DNA from: Felis catus
Lineage: Eukaryota
Direction of reading: 5' to 3'
Length of the DNA stretch: 64,000 nt
NCBI RefSeq assembly: GCF_018350175.1
Contig: NC_058369.1
Span: 8,062,001 to 8,126,000 of the forward strand
Shown here one piece after another: positions 49,229 through 63,958 of this stretch. Each line of letters starts with the position of its first letter. The first letter of the stretch is position 1. The position numbers and the translations under genes are program-made. The notes under the pieces are model-generated. The model did no database searches. It had not been told where the DNA came from and was given only the letters and a program-made list of their open reading frames with translations.

Positions 49229-50621
49229 CTTGAGGACACTTTCTTGAAGGGCCTGGGAGATGCCCAATGTGGGGATTGGCTGTTTAGCACAATGGGGACA
49301 TACTTGGGACTCGAGAGAGTGATGTCCTCCTAGGCTGTGGCACCTAATGATTTTTAATAGGTCAATAAGTTTTATTAAACAACCACTAGGCACCAGGCAC
49401 CGGGGAGAGTGGTGACGGAAGCTAAGTGCTCACTTGCAGCTCCAGGCTTAGAAGGGGACACTTGAGCACGTGGTGTGTCAGTGCGAGGAGCGCCGTGGAA
49501 GAGAGGGCAAAGTGCCAGGGCATCTCCTGGGTCCCAGGTGGTCAGGGTAGGCCTCCCGGCGGAGGTATTTAGAGCTGAGACCTGAAGGAGATGAGGGAAC
49601 AAGTCCTGGAGGGAGGGCAGGGCCTCTTTCTAGAAAAAAGCCAGAAGTGCATTCACTGTCCCCACAGTTACCGTGCTGGCGGGAAGCCCTGCGGTGGGAA
49701 AGGGTGGCTGGCGCCTCTGGGTCAGCAGCACGAGTGCTGGACAAGGGCCCAGGTTATTGCTTCGCTCCTGGAGTGTTCCAGGCCCTGGGCCGGGTCCCTG
49801 GAACCCCCGGGGCTGCCCGTCCTCCCAAGGAAGGGCATGGCTCTGCAGGGTGGCAGTGGCGGGTGTGTGGCTGTCAGTGCTGCAGCAGGGGACAGGGACC
49901 GGCGGGACCGGACTGGACTGGCCGGGTCATCTGTGCATGAGCAAGCGAGGGCTAGCAAGCATGGCAGCTGGGATGGGGACAGAGGTGCATGGCTTCTGGG
50001 GGCGAGTTGAGAGGGAGTCTCTAGTCATCCCAGACTCTGAGCTCAGCCTTGAGGCCTCTGACTTATTCTCTGAGATGGGATCATTAAAAAAATCATTAGC
50101 ATTCTGGCAAGTACAGGGCAGTGGCGCCCCGGGCAAAGCCCTGCCCACCTGTTTCTCAGGGAGGCTGCCCCCCTCCCCTTCCCTCCTTCCCCAGATGCCC
50201 TGGGCCCAGAGCATCCTCAGGGATGCTCTCTGGCCACCGCTGCCCTTGCCTGCCTCCATCATGGTGGGGCAGGGCAGGGCGGGGGGCTGGAGTCGTGTTA
50301 GCTCCTCCAGGAGGTCCCCACCCTCCAGATTCTGGTGTGTTGGGTCTCTTTTGAGTGTCTGTGGCACCTGCCGTGACATGCTTGTGCAGTATCCATCGTC
50401 CCACTGGACCAAGAGCCCAGCTCAGGACTGGGCCTTTATGGTCAAGAAGAGCTTGGGAAGGAAGGAGGGAGGAAGAGAGAGAGAGAAGGGGAGGGAAGGA
50501 GGGAGGGAGGAGAAAACAGCAGGTGGCCTTGCCAGCGCCCCCATCCCTGCCCAATCTCCCATGTATACAGCTTGATGGCCTTGGAGTTGGGCCCCCTTAT
50601 AGAAGCTGAAGCAGGGACCAT

Positions 50622-50624
50622 ATT

Positions 50625-50683
<59 letters not shown>

Positions 50684-50857
50684 TTTTAAATGAGCGGGGG
50701 AGGGGCAGAGAGAGAGGGAGACACACAGAATCCGAAGCAGGCTCCAGGCTCTGAACCCCCAGCACAGAGCCCGATGTGGGGCTCGAACTCAGGAACAACG
50801 AGATCGTGACCTGGGCCTAAGTGGGATGCCCAATCAACTGAGCCACCCAGGCACCCC
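50622..50857 (-). mobile_element. Can-SINE with an expanded (TTTA)n tail (about 50624-50686)
   Basis: About 15 TTTA units; TSD cagggaccatatt. Confidence 0.9.
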
Positions 50858-51562
50858 AGGGACCATATTATCTTTCTGGTAGTCATTCACTCACGCATAC
50901 AATTATTGAGCACTTCAGTAGGTATACTCAGAGGGAAGCCCAGGGACACAGAGTGAATAGGGCAGCTTCAGATCCCTGCCCTGGAGGGTGGACCTTCTAA
51001 TAGGGAGCCAGGAAAGACACAGGATGAGAAGGTCAGCGTTGTTAGAAGGCAGCCATGTTTGGAGGGTCATAAGGCAGAGAAGGAGGAAAGAGATTGGAGA
51101 GGTTTGTCATCTTGGGTGGGGGCCAGAGCAGACCTCCTGGAGAAGGTGACACTTGAACAGACCTGAAGGAGGCGAGGGAGGGAGCCTGCAGGAAGAGAGA
51201 AGAGCCAGTGCAAAGACCCTGAGGCAGAAGCCCAGAGTGGCTGGAGGAGAGTGAGTTGAAGTCAGAGCTGGGGATGTGGTTAGCTGGGAGCCATAGATGG
51301 TTCTGAGGAAATGAGGGCTGAGGTCCGGCTTTACGAGGGTCAGCGTTGTGGGGGAAATCAGGCTTGGAGGAAGCTTTTATTTTTTCTTTTTTTGGTGGAA
51401 GCTTTTTAATGTTAATATCAACCCTGGAATCCAGCACATGGTTCTAGAGTGACAAGGAGCCCAGTAAAGCGGGCTGTGAGGGGGATGAGCCCAGCAGGCT
51501 CCTGAAACTTCCTCTTGGTTTCTGCTGCCTGTTGGCTTCCTGGGGAAGAAGCTGTGGTTTTC

Positions 51563-51780
51563 AGGGCGCCTGGGTGGCTCAGTCGGTTGTGTCTGACTTC
51601 AGCTCAGGTCACGATCTTGCCGTCCGTGAGTTCGGGCCCCGCGTCGGGCTCTTTGCTGACAGCTCGGAGCCTGGAGCCTGCTTCGGATTCTGTCTCCCTC
51701 TGTCTCTGCCCCTCCCCGCTCACGCTCTGTCTGTCTCTGAAAAAATGAATAATAAACCTTAAAAAAAAAAAAAAAAGAAG
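51563..51780 (+). mobile_element. Can-SINE
   Basis: Head, body and A tail; approximate TSD gaagaagct(g/a)tggttttc. Confidence 0.9.
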
Positions 51781-53998
51781 AAGAAGCTATGGTTTTCTGG
51801 CACCGTCTGCACATCCTGCCGGTGAAGGAGTTGGTAGAAGGGGAGGCTGCCCCTGGACTCTAGGGGCCATAGCCGGCAGGTCCTGGTCCCATAAACACAA
51901 TCCCAGGGTGACCTGGCCCTGACTGGGGAGGAGGCCCAAGATGCAGGATGAAGTGTCGGGTGGCATGGAGTTTAGAAGGCTTCCCGGGAGAGGCAGCAGG
52001 TCCTGGAGGAGGTGGACCAGGGCCTAGAAGAGCAGGGTGCACAGGGGAGAGGGCCTGTGTCCCGGCCCCCAATCCCTTCCCCGTGGCTGTGCTCCTGGAA
52101 GGGGGGTCGTTTCCGGTGGGTGCCGAGCCCAGGGCCTTGAGCCGGATGAGAACTGAGGTATGCTGTGGGGGGTTGGGGGACTGTGCCATTTTTGGTGGCC
52201 GCTGCCGGAAGAGCAGTCAAGCGTTTCCTCTGGTCCCTGGGGAGGGCTAGAGCGTGACTGTCCTTGGGAACTGGGTCAGCTGATGGGGGCGGGGCAGGGG
52301 CTGTGATCCTAGATCCTCCAGCAAGTGTCCTCATGGCCCCTGTTGCCCAGGGCCAGTGCCCATGGTGGAGGTGGTGCTCGGCGATCCGAGCCCACAGAGT
52401 CCCCCTGACCTGAAGCAGAGAGGTTAACAGCCTGCCGGTGGCCTCACAAAGGCCACGTGACTTGAGAGCCACCACCTGGAGACAGATTCTCTGGACTCCA
52501 AATCCCAGCTCCCCCACCGAGCTTGGGCCAAGCCACTTCACCTCTCTGGGCCTCCGTTTTCACATCTGTGGTACGGGCATCATGCAGATGCCTGCCTAAG
52601 GTATTCGCTCTCGAGGGGCACAGGGGACCACACACAGGGCTTGGCTAGAGCCAGCAGGGGCCGAATGTCGGCCACGGTTTATTAGGTCACGGAGGTGGGG
52701 TGGCGACCCCCTTTGTGCTCATTTCTTTCTGCCTTGTGTCTGGGGAGAGATTCTAGACCTGCCCGGTTTTCTCTCTCTCTCGTCGTGGGGCTCCGCCCCC
52801 ATCCTTTGTACTGATCCTTCGCAGCGGACGGTATGTCTGTGCTGGGATGTGTGTAGCCACGTCTCCTGCTGACCGTGGAGGCGATCTCTAGTTCTCATCT
52901 TGGCCTGTCCGTCGCAGTCCAGTTCTTTGGGCTGTTTGCCAGCGTGATTTCCTTCCATCTCTTCAGCGTCACTGCAGAGCCATGGTCTCTGAGCCTGCAA
53001 GCCGCCCCCAGCCCAACATTTACTATGAAAATATGCACATCGGGAAAAGTTGAGGAATTGTACAGCGAACGCCTGTAGGCTCAGTACCTACATCTCAGGA
53101 TGAACGCATTTTATTCTTGCCTTATCCCGAGTCTGATGGGACCACCGCTAATTGGTAGTCCCTTCCCTGTGGCCCCGCACCTCGGCATCAGTATGGCTTG
53201 TAGATACCCTGGGCTCACAAGGCACGAAGAGGCCTCCTGTGTCCACATGAGACCCTGCCCAGAAAGCGGTTCTCCTGAGCGGTTCACGTCTAGGTGGGGG
53301 ACGCTGTGAACAGCCAGATGAGGAGAGACCGTGAGACGGGCTTTGGTGAGGCCACAGTGGTGTCTCCCTCTCCATACTGTGCCACATGCCTTGGGGAGGA
53401 AGGACAGATGGGTCCCATGGATGTGCGTCTGGGCTCTTGGCAAGCTGGAGAGTGCTGGCAGCTCCGACCCCTCTAGGACAGTGGCTTCTCTTTGACCCAC
53501 AGCAAGGGAGGTTCTAACATCATGACTCTGGACTCAGTCTCACGTCTAACGGCAGAGCGGAAGCTTCATCACATGGGCACCCCCCGCGGTCTGGTGACGC
53601 ATGCCGGCATTTCCTCTTCTGTTCTGTACATCAAAAAATCACAGATGCTGGTTACACCCACCTGTTGGTTTTTTTGTTTTGTTTTTCTTGGAGTTTGTCA
53701 CGACGCGTGGTTTCACAAAATACTTCACAGAGAGTTTCCATCCCCCAGGGACAGAATCTTCACTGGTTTTGTTCCTTGAGGAACTCAAGGTTTGGTGGGA
53801 GACTCGGCCTGTGGAAGCGCCCCCCCCCAATACTCACTGCGAGAACGACTCTGTTGTTCCCCAAATTCCTGGAGCACCTGTGACCAATGCCACGCTTTCC
53901 CTGATTGATGAGGCACCTGTCCCAGAAGGCCATCTGCCCCCTACCCACAGCAAGACTGCTGCTCCCTCCCATTTCGAACTTCCTTCTTCCTTTTTCAG

Positions 53999-54148
53999 AA
54001 TATGCCGAGTTTTTGCACTGTAAGTCCAAAAAGTTTACAGACTTTGATGAAGTCCGACAGGAGATCGAAGCGGAGACCGACAGGGTCACGGGGACCAACA
54101 AAGGCATCTCCCCAGTGCCCATCAACCTGCGGGTCTACTCGCCACACG
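53999..54148 (+). CDS. DNM2: Dynamin-2 exon 3 (150 nt)
   Basis: Acceptor tttttcag|; reads [50 protein letters not shown]; donor CG|gtaggc. Confidence 0.97.
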
Positions 54149-54274
54149 GTAGGCAACACAGGCACAGACGCTCTGGGGCAGAGGGAAGTCGGGTCCAAAG
54201 CACCCTGGTGAAAAATATAACCCCTTCCATGTTTCTTCACGCGCACACAGCCCTGTTGATCTCTGTCTTCCCGC

Positions 54275-54497
54275 TTTTTTGTTTATGTTTATTTTTGAGA
54301 GAGAGAGACAGAAAGAGCATGAGTGGAGGAGGGGCAGAGAGAGAGGGAGACACAATCCGAAGCAGGTTCCAGGCTCCAGGCTCTGAGCTAGCTGTCAGCA
54401 CAGAGCCTGATGCGGGGCTCGAACTCACGAACCGTGAGATCATGACCTGAGCTGAAGTCAGCCACTTACTTACATGACTGAGCCACCCAGGTACCCC
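54275..54497 (-). mobile_element. Can-SINE 127 nt downstream of DNM2 exon 3
   Basis: Typical structure; approximate TSD ctgt(c/t)ttccc(g/a)ctttt. Confidence 0.88.
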
Positions 54498-55446
54498 TGT
54501 TTTCCCACTTTTGACAGGGACACGGTATCGAGGGATCAGTCTCAGCTGGGAAGACGGTTGGGGGTGGTGGTGACTGGGGCAAATTGCAGCCGTGCGCTCC
54601 TGGGAAAAGGGTGGCCGCAGTGTGGCTCCCAGGAGATGGGGGCCACAGAATGACTCCAGCCCAGGGGGGCCGGGGCTTCCGAAACTTGCAGAGGAGCCAG
54701 AAAGCCAGTCTTCCCTGCAAAATGTTCGGAGTTTAAACACTCTGCCGCCACGTACGACTGCCCTGGGGCATGGATTTCTAACTCCGATGGCATTTGGGGA
54801 ATGTTCCAGCAGACTCTTAACTCCTCAGTATGAGTTCTTTGAGAGGAGTTTTTACATTTACTTATTTTTGGATAAACGCTGCCTGTGCGTGGCTCCAAAA
54901 TGACAGAAGCGTGTGTAGCGAAATCCCTCCCCGCCCTCAGTATTACAAACGGGTGTTCTGTTTTAACGCCCAAGTGAATAATTACGAATATGGATGCGTG
55001 TGTATCACGTGTGTGTCTTTTACCACTTTTACGCAAATTGGAGCGTAATATAAACTGCCACTTTTTTGTGCGGCTACATCTCCCGAGGGTGTCTCTTACC
55101 CTCTTATCAGGGTAGCATCTTCTTGTTTTTTATGGTAAACGTTGGTAAACAACAGCCTTTGCTCATGGCTGAATTGATGGGCTGGAATTTATTTAGCCAC
55201 TGAGAGCAATTCCAGCAAATGTCCCGATTTAAAACTGTATCACTACACTAGAGAGAGAGGCCGTCTGGAGGAGGGATTCCTGGAAGAGGACCTACCTACC
55301 GGATCCGAGGGTGTAATCTGGTTGGAGGACAGGAGGGATCCTGTGGCCCGATCCCGCCCGCCCCCCGCCCCCCCCCCCCCCAGCACTTGGAGAAGCGGGC
55401 TGGGTAGCTGTGGGGCTGTGTGAGCCTCCCCTCCTCTGTCTGATGA

Positions 55447-55683
<237 letters not shown>

Positions 55684-58098
55684 TGAGCCCTACACCGGAA
55701 GTTCCCCTGCTGGGTGCCTGGGAGCATGGCGACTCGCCCCGCATCCTTGATTCCAAGTTGTTGGTATTCCCTTTGGCAGATGACCCCTAGGAAAAGGCCC
55801 TCCTGGGATACAGTGTCTCCCGTCGGGGCCAACAGTGCTAGAAGGCTGCCCCTGGGAGGCTCTTGGGGGGCATTTGGGCATTTCTCCGAGGCTTGGTCCC
55901 CTCTGTCAAAATGGCACCAGCGATCCTAACGTGTAGCACTACTGAGTGCTGAGAGGATTGGAGAGTCCCTGTAACTGCTCAGGGGCCAGGCGGGGTGGGG
56001 GAGGGGGTATGAGGGTGATGAGCTAATGAAGCCCAGCGGGGCGATAGGGAGTAGTGGGGACTGTGGCATCTGTTGCCCGGGGCATTCCAGGTCAGACATT
56101 TCCATTTATTAGGTACATGTCCGTTAAGTACCTGCTCTGTGCCGGGCTCTGCTTTGGCCTTGGAAACCCTACAGGGGACAGAATGGACAGGGTCCCTGCC
56201 ACTGGGGAGTTGACATTCCAGCGGGGGAGACAGAAGACAGCAAGGAAAGAAGCAAATGGGACAGTTTCAGCCAGAAGTGGGCACCCAGAGGAAAATCAGG
56301 CCTTTCGAGAGTAGCTGGGATGGGAGGGGGTCAGAGGCCTCTGAAGATGAGAGGTTTCAGGCAAGACCAGAATGATGAAACGACAGAAAGAGGCAGAGCC
56401 CAGGAAAATGGACAGCGATGCCAGCTAGGCTGGGCATGATTTGAGCCTGGGGTGCCCAGGACACGACGCCAGTGGGGCTGGGGCAGAGCAAGCCGAAGTG
56501 AGGACAGGCGGGGCAAGGGTGGGGTGGGACAGACCTTCTGTGGCCTTGGTGGCTGCCGTGGGCAGCTGGGTGTGCCCTGAGCGTGTTGAAGGTTGTGTGG
56601 AGTGGGACACACACTCAAATACATTTTGGAAAGTGCCCTCCGACTGCCTCGTTCCATGTGGTTTGGAGGGAGTCGGGGACCAGGGAGGAGCTGGGGAAGG
56701 ACAGGCTCTGGGGCTCCACTGCCTGGTTTCCAGCCCTGCTCAGGCCTGAGGGCGGCCGGGGAGGGCAGGCAGCTGGCGGCCCTTTCGTGCACTGGAGTGG
56801 GAGCTCCTCAGAGTTGAGGGCTGCGCGCTGAGACTCTTGGTCCCGCGAAGGATGTGCTGTGTCCCCGTGGTCATCCTGGGCAGGCACGCTCTCCCGGGAG
56901 AGGCCGCCCCTGCCCCCGGCCCTCCACGGCTTCCCTGTGCCCCGACTCCGGTCCCACGGAATGGACCGTGGTTGTGACACACACCGCGGAGGCTTGACCG
57001 GGCAGTGAGAGAGTGGGGACGGGTACAGTTATGTGCCACTTGTGACCTTGATGCTGGCGTTCTTCCTTAAAGAGAGCATTTTTCTGGCTTCGAAAGTATT
57101 CATAATTCATCACTGTTACCAGCACGTCCACACTGTAAAATCTAGAACCTGAAAAGTGACCGCTCCCCTCCCGCTGCAGAGACACCAATGGCCACGGTTG
57201 GTAAATAACCTTTCAGAGTTTCTTCTTCCGTGGATACTCACGTTTTAAAAAACGGGGTGGTCTTTCCTGATTTTTTCCGTAACGTGTGTGCATGTTTCTC
57301 TGGTCTCATAGGGACACGTCTACGTGGCATCCACCGAACGGGCCACTCTTGCCCATTCTTTGTTCTTGAGCATTTGGGTCATTTCTGGTCTTTCATAAAC
57401 AATCCTCTGGTGAAATCCGACATTTCCAATAGAGTCAGTGGGAGCCCCAGTCACATCCCTTTGCTGCACTCTGTCTGCCTCCCCCCTCCCTCCCTGGCAA
57501 GCCTTGTGGGTATTCACGGCTGTGGCTGCTTTGCCTTCCAGAAAGGTGATGCCGGCTCAGAGGCTCAGAGGTTCACACTGCCGAATGTGAACGGGCAGGG
57601 GCCCCAGGGAGCGCACGGCTGTGCTCGCTGCCCCCCTCGGCACCCTCCGGAGGTCTCTCTGGGCCTCCCGCGTGTCACACGTGCACACGTCCATGTCCAC
57701 ACACGCACTAGCACGGAGAGGATCCTTCTGCGCCGGCAGGGGCACTGATCTGTAGGCGTGTAGCTTTGCTAGGAGGGTTCCCTTGTCTAGGTGACCCGGA
57801 GACGGGAGGAATTCGATGGGGGTTGTTCCCAGAGTGGAATTTTGGCCGTTAGGGTGAAAGGTAACCCTAGAAACAGTCGCCGTGGGTTTGCGTATCATGT
57901 TGGGACTTGGCAGGTGACTCGGCACAGCACGGAGACTGACCTGGGATTTGGGTTTCCGTGAGGTTTCCCCGGCACTGTCGCAGATCATGGGAATGACCGT
58001 GACGGTGGCCAGTATTTACTGATAGAACATTTGTCACAAGCCACGTTGATCTTCATGGACACCCCACTGGGATCGGTGTGGCTGTTGTCTTCTCTTGA

Positions 58099-58458
<360 letters not shown>

Positions 58459-58741
58459 TGAGCATTGCCTGCTTCCCCAGTGCCCAGAGTAACTGCTTTT
58501 CCATTTCAGTACAAACCCTTCTGTCTTCACGCCTCCGTGTACGTATCTTTTTCCTCTGACGTGTGTACGTTCACTTTTAACACCTGCTCACTTGGGGGAC
58601 CTAAACAAGCCTACAGGAAACGAAAACCAAAGTCATCCACAGCCCGGCCTCTCCCCCTAGTTTTTACTTTGTGGCTCTCCTCCCAGAAAGTTCCTCAGGA
58701 TTCATAATTTCTATTAATTTTCATGCTTGCTTTCTGAGCAC

Positions 58742-59341
58742 TTTTTTAACTTTTTTTTTTTTTTAATGTTTATTTTTGAGAAAGAGAGAGAGAGAATGGA
58801 GGAGGGGCAGAGAGAGAGGGAGACACAGATTCCGAAGCAGGCTCCAGGCTCCGAGCTGTCAGCACAGAGCCCGACGCGGGGCTCAAACTCACAGACTATG
58901 AGATCATGACCCGAACCGAAGTCGGACTCTTAACCGACTGAGCCACCCAGGCACCCCTTATTATTATTTTTTGGAAAGAATATGAACGGGGGAGAAGGGC
59001 AGAGAGGAAGAGAGAGAGAATCTCAAGCAAGCTCCACACTCAGGGTGGACTTTATCCCAAGACCCTGAGATCATGACCTGAGCCAAAATCAAGAGCCAGA
59101 CGCTCAACTGACGGAGCCACCTAGGCGCCCTTCTATCATGAACACTTTTGTTATGATGTTTGTTTAGTTTTGAAAGAGTACGCATGAGCAGGGGAGGGGC
59201 AGAGAGAGAGGGAGACAGACGATCCAAAGACGGCTCCGCGCTGACAGCACAGAGCCCGACGCAGGGCTCAAACTCACGAACCAGGAGATCATGACCTGAG
59301 CCGAAGTCAGATGTTTCACCGACTGAGCCACCCAGGTGCCC
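58742..59341 (-). mobile_element. Three tandem Can-SINEs
   Basis: Heads end at about 58957, 59130 and 59341. Confidence 0.9.
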
Positions 59342-59694
59342 TTATTACGAACATTTTTAGAAACCTTCTCGAAAGTAGGGAGAGAAGTACGAGGAGCCCC
59401 CATGGGCCCAGCCTCGGTGGTCACCAACACGGCTAATTTCGATCTCCGAATGTCCCCTGATTTGCTTCCTGGGAGGATTATGAAGCAGATCCTTGGCACC
59501 CTATCATTTTACACATAAATACCTGAGTTCTGGTCAAACAGCTCCCCCACCAGCCCCTTTGTGTCTCCTATGCCGTCTTTTGTTTTTGTTTCTGTTTCTG
59601 TTTTGTTCTTTTGTGGATGGAAGAAACCAGATCATGTCCCACACTTGGGATTGGGGCCAGTTGTAGTTCCCTATAAACTGGTAATTAAATCGAG

Positions 59695-60300
59695 GGGCGC
59701 CTGGGTGGCTCAGTCGGTTGAGCATCCGACTTCCGCTCAGGTCACGATCTCGCGGTCCGTGAGTTCAAGCCCCGCGTCAGGCTCTGGGCTGATGGCTCAG
59801 AGCCTGGAGCCTGCTTCTGATTCTGTGTCTCCCTCTCTCTCTGCCCCTCCCCCGTTCATGCTCTGTCTCTCTCTGTCCCAAAAATAAATAAAACGTTAAA
59901 AAAAAACAAAAAACAAAAAAAACAAACTAGTAATTAAATCGAGATGGAGGCCTGATAAGGTTTGGGTTTACAATCAAGTTCAGATCTGACAGGAGTAGCC
60001 TAAATATTTTTATTTTCAAAAAATGAGAATAGCCAGGTTACCTGGCTGGCTCAGTCAGTTAAGCATTTGACTCTTGATTTTGTCTCGGGTCATGATTATA
60101 TGGTTTGCGAGGTGGAAGCCTGCCTCCGGCTCTACACTGACACCGAAGAGCCTGCTTGGGATCCCCCCCTCCCTCTCTCTGCCCCTCCCCCGCTGATGTA
60201 TGCTTATGAGCGCTCTCTCTCTCTCTCTCTCTCTCTTTCAACCCCCGCTGACGTATGCTTATGAGCGCTCTCTCTCTCTCTCTCTCTTTCAAACAAACAA
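59695..60300 (+). mobile_element. Two plus-strand Can-SINEs
   Basis: First copy has TSD aaact(g/a)gtaattaaatcgag; second starts at about 60034 and carries an internal tandem duplication. Confidence 0.88.
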
Positions 60301-60754
60301 ACTTATTAAGTGTCTCTTATGTAGCCAGTGCTCTTCATGTACACCAGCCCATTGAATCCTGGTAACAGTCCAACAAGGTGGCTCTGTTCCTACCCCCATT
60401 TTATAGATGAATAAACTGAGGCACAGAGAAGCTAAATCCCTTGCTCCCGCTCACAAAAACTAGGAAGTGACAGAGCTGCTCTTGAATGCCAGCTCTCCAG
60501 TGTCATGCCACTTTGCGACCTACTTTTCCATTTCACTTAGCAGAAGAGCAGGGCATTTCCCCGTGACAGGCGACTGTCAAGGGTCCTTCTTCAAGGCGAC
60601 TTCCGAGGGTCCAGTGGAATCCATTCGAGGAGGATGTGTGGGCTGTTACTCAATCCCTGTTTGTTAGGTTATTCCTGTTTTTCACTGTGGCATGTTGTTG
60701 AGTGTCCGTCTAGGCTTTTAGTTGGTGGTGGTGTTTGGTTATATATATATATAT

Positions 60755-61182
60755 TTTAATGTTTATGTGTTTTTGGGAGAGAGCATGAGCCGGGGAGGGA
60801 CAGAGAGAGAGGGGGACACAGAATCGGAAGCAGGCTCCAGGCTCTGAGCTGTCAGCACAGAGCCCGACACGGGGTTCGAACTCACATACCGTGAGATCAT
60901 GACCTGAGCCGAAGTCGGATGCTTAACGGACTGAGCCACCCAGGTGCCCCAATATTTATTTATTTTTGACAGAGAGAGAGAGAGACAGTGCGTGCGCTAG
61001 AGGGGGAGGGGCAGAAAGAGAACGGGACAGAGGATCTGAAACAGGCTCCATGCTGACAGCAGAGAGCCCAATGCGGGGCTTGAACCTACGAACCGTGAAA
61101 TCATGACCTGAACTGGAGTCGGACACTTAACAACTGAGCCACCCAGGTGCCGCTAAGCTGTTGTTTTCTTTTTTTTTTCTTC

Positions 61183-61217
<35 letters not shown>

Positions 61218-61401
61218 GGACAGAGAGAGACAGAGCATGAACGGGGGAGGGGCAGAGAGAGAGGGAGACACAGAATCGGAAACAGGCTCCAGGCTCCGAG
61301 CCATCAGCCCAGAGCCCGACGCGGGGCTCGAACTCCCGGACCGCGAGATCGTGACCTGGCTGAAGTCGGACGCTTAACCGACTGCGCCACCCAGGCACCC
61401 C
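60755..61401 (-). mobile_element. Three tandem Can-SINEs, the last a young copy with a long poly(T)
   Basis: Heads end at about 60950, 61151 and 61401; TSD aagc(t/c)gttgttttctt around the last copy. Confidence 0.9.
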
Positions 61402-63000
61402 AAGCCGTTGTTTTCTTAATTGCTTCTGTCTTGTGCCCCGTTCCTTCCCCCCTGGGATCTGCTGTCAGCTGTGGGCACCTAGGGGCATGTTGGCGTTGAC
61501 AGGACCATGTAGATCTTTTCTTTTGCCCCTAGGCATTCCCTCTTCTATGTCTGGGATAGGCCTGGGGAAAACCTGGTTTCCACCTGCCCCCAGCCCTGCT
61601 GAGACATTGAGCAATGAGAGGGGCCCTCAGGGGAGGCTGGAACGTGGTCAGGGCAGAACCCAAACGCCCATTTAGCTGCCAGGATCCCGAGCTGAAGACT
61701 GAGTCGCTGTCGGAGGCTTAGGAAGGAAGGATTGGTGCTGAAGCCCGAAGAGGACCCCACATGTCCTCACACCCTCTGCCGTCCCTCCCCCAGCCCCCTG
61801 ACCGCGTGCTCATTCTGCACACACCAGGCCTAAATCTTGGTCCCCGAAGGATGCTGCCTGGGCTCAGCATTGCCGCCGGGGGGCCAGGTGACACAGACCT
61901 CCTCAGCTTCCTTCCTCCCCACTCACTGCTGTCTGCATCTGCCCTCTGCCTTCCTGTCTGTGTCCAAGAAGGCGAGCCCTTCCTCTCCCGGCCCTGTCTG
62001 CCTGCTCCCGACTTGTACCCGCAGCCTCCCTCCCTCGGTGTTCCCCTCTTGCCCCGTGGCCTTTCGAGTCTCTGGAGCTGCAGCCTTCTCCTTGGCTTCC
62101 CAAAGACTCGGAACTCTCGCACCTTTGGGAACCAAAATCCAAGCCAGACCACTGTCTCTGCTCCGTGCGGTTGGCATGTTTGCTGTCGTGTGGATGATAG
62201 CGAGCTTGGGCTTCCCACAGGTCTGGGTTCACCCTCTTGATTCTCCGGCAGCCCCTCTCCGTGACCTCCCCTTGGTCACTTCCCCTCGTCTGTAAAATGG
62301 ACATAGTGACATATGCGGAGAGGATGAAAAGTAATCAGGCCTGCACAAGACTGGGCGGGAATAAGGGCAGGCAGGCACCACTCCCCTCCCCCCAAGGGAG
62401 ACCGTCAACGCCTGCTGCTAAGCAGGGGGGGATGTACGTATGTATACACCTGTCCCCAGTCCACCTCTCCAACTCTGATTACGTCAGCAGTCGTGAATGA
62501 CAGTCCCCGCGTCTGCTTTGTTGAGCACCTACCATGGGTCAGCCACGAGACTGAGTTCTTAGTGTCCCGTGACATCCACTCACCCACCCTGCTGGTGTGC
62601 TGAGTGCCTCGCGTCCCCATGCGGGGACCCGAGACTGTTCTGGCTTTTTGAACACCATCCCCTTTCTCTTCATGCCCGAATATGGCAGATCTTCTCTTCA
62701 TGCTAACATCTTTATCTTACATATTGTTTCCCATGTGTGTTTCCCATGTGTGAAGAATTCCGAAATGGTACTGAAAGCCGCCTGGGAAGGAGAAGGTCTC
62801 CCAGCCCTTCCTGCATGTCCCATTTCTCACGTGGTCACGGTTACCATTTTCTTTGTGTCTTGGCTCAGAAAATTTTTAACCCAAATATAGTCATCTCTGA
62901 AAACCACCCGTGTTCTCTTCCAGTTTCACGGTGTGTGCATAGATCTGTGATCCCTCGAGGATTAGGTTCGGTAGGCACCCAGCTTGGGTTTTTGCGTGTC

Positions 63001-63280
63001 TTTTTTTTTTTTTTTTTTTAATTTTTTTTCAACATTTATTTATTTTTGGGACAGAGAGAGACAGAGCATGAACGGGGGAGGGGCAGAGAGAGAGGGAGAC
63101 ACAGAATCGGAAACAAGCTCCAGGCTCTGAGCCATCAGCCCAGAGCCTGACGCGGGGCTCGAACTCACGGACCGCGAGATCGTGACCTGGCTGAAGTCGG
63201 ACGCTTAACCGACTGCGCCACCCAGGCGCCCCATTGCGTGTCTTTTTTTAATGTGTTTTGTTTTGTTTTGTTTTGTTTTT

Positions 63281-63311
<31 letters not shown>

Positions 63312-63751
63312 GAGAAATAGCACACACGTGTGCATGAGCTGGGGAGGAAGAGAGAGAGAATCCCAAGGAGGCTCCGTGCTGTCAGCGTAGAGCACAGCAC
63401 GGGGCTCATACCCGCAAACTGTGACCTGAGCCAAAATCAAAAGTTGGACGCTTAACCGATTGAGTCACCCAGGCGCCCCCACGACTAACTTTGTTCCTTT
63501 GCTGGCCGTGGCCGTTGAGTGATCCACCTTCCTCCCGTTGGCTCTGAGGAATTAGCCATTAGTTCCCACCTGCCCTTCATGTGGTTTTGGACTTTTTTCT
63601 TTTCTGTTCCATTCATCTCTCCAGACGTACATGCCCCGATGTACCCATCCTTTTCAAACGTAACAGGTTTTAATACCAGGCAAGGTGAGGTATTCCTAAC
63701 TCGGCCTTCTTTTTGAAGTGTTTTTCTTACTTGTCTTAGTGTTTATTTACT

Positions 63752-63793
<42 letters not shown>

Positions 63794-63958
63794 TGAGCAG
63801 GGGAGGGGCAGAGAGACGAGGAGACACAGAATCCGAAGCAGGCTCCAGGCTCTGAGCCGTCAGCACAGAGCCCGGCGCGGGGCTCAAACTCACCAACCGC
63901 GAGATCATGACCTGAGCCGAAATCGGATGCTTAACTGACTGAGCCGCCCGGGCGCCCC
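63001..63958 (-). mobile_element. Three minus-strand Can-SINEs (to 63232, 63480 and 63958)
   Basis: First is a young copy with TSD ttgcgtgtctttttt; second has a (TTTTG)n tail; third has a long (GA)n. Confidence 0.9.

Noticed and set aside
49673..50575. 300-aa plus-strand ORF in DNM2 intron 2
   Set aside because: Non-ATG start, G-rich low-complexity composition, no domain and no convincing splice signals.
52186..52195. Perfect CArG box CCATTTTTGG
   Set aside because: A single 10-mer of this type is expected by chance in 64 kb and has no supporting motif cluster.
53999..54003. Tyr at DNM2 residue 80 where I recall His in human
   Set aside because: As I recall, Tyr is also found in rodent DNM2 and in DNM1, so it is probably ancestral and not notable. 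Not verified.
59695..59775. tRNA-like sequences with A and B boxes
   Set aside because: They are the tRNA-derived heads of Can-SINEs, followed by SINE body and tail, not tRNA genes.
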